A DNA stretch of 64,000 nucleotides from Perkinsus chesapeaki ATCC PRA-425. Lineage: Eukaryota; Protista; Perkinsozoa. Position 1 is the stretch's first letter. Each line of letters starts with the position of its first letter. Shown here piece by piece: positions 62,607 to 64,000 of this stretch. The stretch covers positions 31,354-95,353 of the forward strand of contig JAAPAO010000066.1 in assembly GCA_013115145.1 (NCBI GenBank). The letters run 5' to 3'. A model generated the notes under the pieces. The model ran no database searches. It was given only the letters and a program-made list of their open reading frames with translations, and was not told the DNA's origin. Both the position numbers and the translations under genes were made by a program.

Positions 62607-64000
62607 ATGGTGTTAAACACCTTCCTATCGATCATCGTCCTGTATTGCCTCAATGGGCCATCCGCCGCAGCAGTAAGGCACTTAAAGGCGCTTTTCGATA
62701 ATTTCAAGATGAGAAACAGTAAACCTCCGCAACTGCATTGAACTGCTTATAATAACGATATTTATCAGAGATAGTGTACACTGTGGAGGAGGAGGCACAA
62801 CACTTTAGCCGGTTCATGGAGGAACTCAGTAAGCAATTCCCATTCTCTTCGGAAGATGGTCTGGCCGCCCTCTACGACGACACTAAGCCGGCTATCATAC
62901 AGAGTCTCGTCGATGAGATAAACTCCAAACAAGATTCGTGGACGGCATCTGCTGAGCAAGAACGATTCAAAGGCGAGCTGATTCATAGTATCGTCACCTT
63001 GGATCACTACAGTCCCGAACAGGTGCCTCCATCAGCGACGCTAAAATGCTTTGTGGGACATGGCTTGAAAAACCAGAGAACGTCCCACAGAAAGGCTACT
63101 CTACCGATGAGCTACAAGACTTGCCGGCCAGCTTCAATGCCACTGAAGAATTCAAACTATGTTCAAACGTGATCGGCCACATCAGGTGGGTAGAATCGTC
63201 ATTTCTATTTGGACTTCGACGCTCAGAGACCAGTCAGCTTGCGGCAGTTGTTGGGCAATTGCACCGACCGAAGCATTCAACGACCGTCTCTGCATAAAGT
63301 CGGCCGGGAAATTCACCTCGCTCCTATCTCCTGGGAACGTGATTGCATGCATGGAGTAAGTCACAATCCTTCCTTATCTAGAAAATTGTGATCTGTTCAG
63401 GACTAGCGGGTGCCACGGTGGCAGCTCGTTCGATGCTTGGCAATGGCTTCATACGACTGGGGTTGTTACTGGTAATCATATCAGCACGTCTGCTTTACAA
63501 ATCTCATTCTAGGTGGGGACTACTCAGAAAGCATGACTGAATCTGATGGTTGTTGGCCCTACAGCTTCCCTCCCTGCGCCCATTACACAAACGCCACAGT
63601 ATACCCTACATGTCCGAAGGTCAGCATCTCCTGTACATTTCGATACATTATCACTTCAGACGAAATACGATTCCCCAAAATGCACGGAGAGTTGCCCTAA
63701 CCATAAGTATCCTATTTCAATGGAAAGGTGGGAATGCCTTTTAATCGCCAGTCAAGCCTATTCTCCTCAGAGATCGCCACTTCGTCCAACAGTCATTGAG
63801 TGCCTTAAGATCGATTAACGATATTAAAAAAGAAATTCAGGCAAACGGTCCCGTAAGATATTCGACTTAACTCGGGTATACTTCGTCGCAGGTGTCAGCA
63901 TCTTATCTCGTTTATGACGACTTCCTTTTGATGTCGTGTGCCCACTAGGCATGACGAGCTATGATGATAAGTTATGTAGGTTTCAGTATATCTGCCTTTT
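62607..64000 (+). CDS. CTSB: Cathepsin B-like cysteine protease (runs off the window)
   Basis: Signal peptide MVLNTFLSIIVLYCL; RDQSACGSCWAI, NDRLCI, GCHGGS, GCWPYSFPPCAHY, IKKEIQANGP|V. Confidence 0.93.

Noticed and set aside
1-64000. Spliced-leader relics or an SL RNA gene
   Set aside because: No match to the Perkinsus/dinoflagellate leader (CCGTAGCCATTTTGGCTCAAG-like) found by eye

Overview
Intron-rich eukaryotic genomic DNA. Most introns are 45-90 nt GT-AG, and five short N gaps each fall inside a tandem repeat. Gene style (mini-introns, GKGKGK tracts, cathepsin B type) suggests a Perkinsus-like alveolate; this is inference. Recognisable genes: a triple-CCCH zinc-finger protein, an ankyrin-repeat protein, five tandem PB1-domain genes, a Rab escort protein, three intronless RRM genes, GDT1/TMEM165, a kinesin-13-like motor, an EAG/CNG-type K+ channel, cathepsin B and three tRNA genes (Trp, Lys, Ala). 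Two candidate novel systems stand out. (1) About 20 tRNA 3'-end/B-box modules sit almost entirely inside short spliceosomal introns, and the full tRNA genes appear intron-nested too, with the Lys and Trp Pol III terminators overlapping splice signals. (2) The PB1 cluster looks like a modular p62/NBR1-type selective-autophagy kit: a full receptor, a PB1-LIR mini-adaptor, a near PB1-only protein and two OPCA-degenerate PB1 proteins fused to Cys/Met-rich metallothionein-like or heme-motif repeats. All exon boundaries were inferred by eye from GT/AG signals and reading frame; no searches were run.
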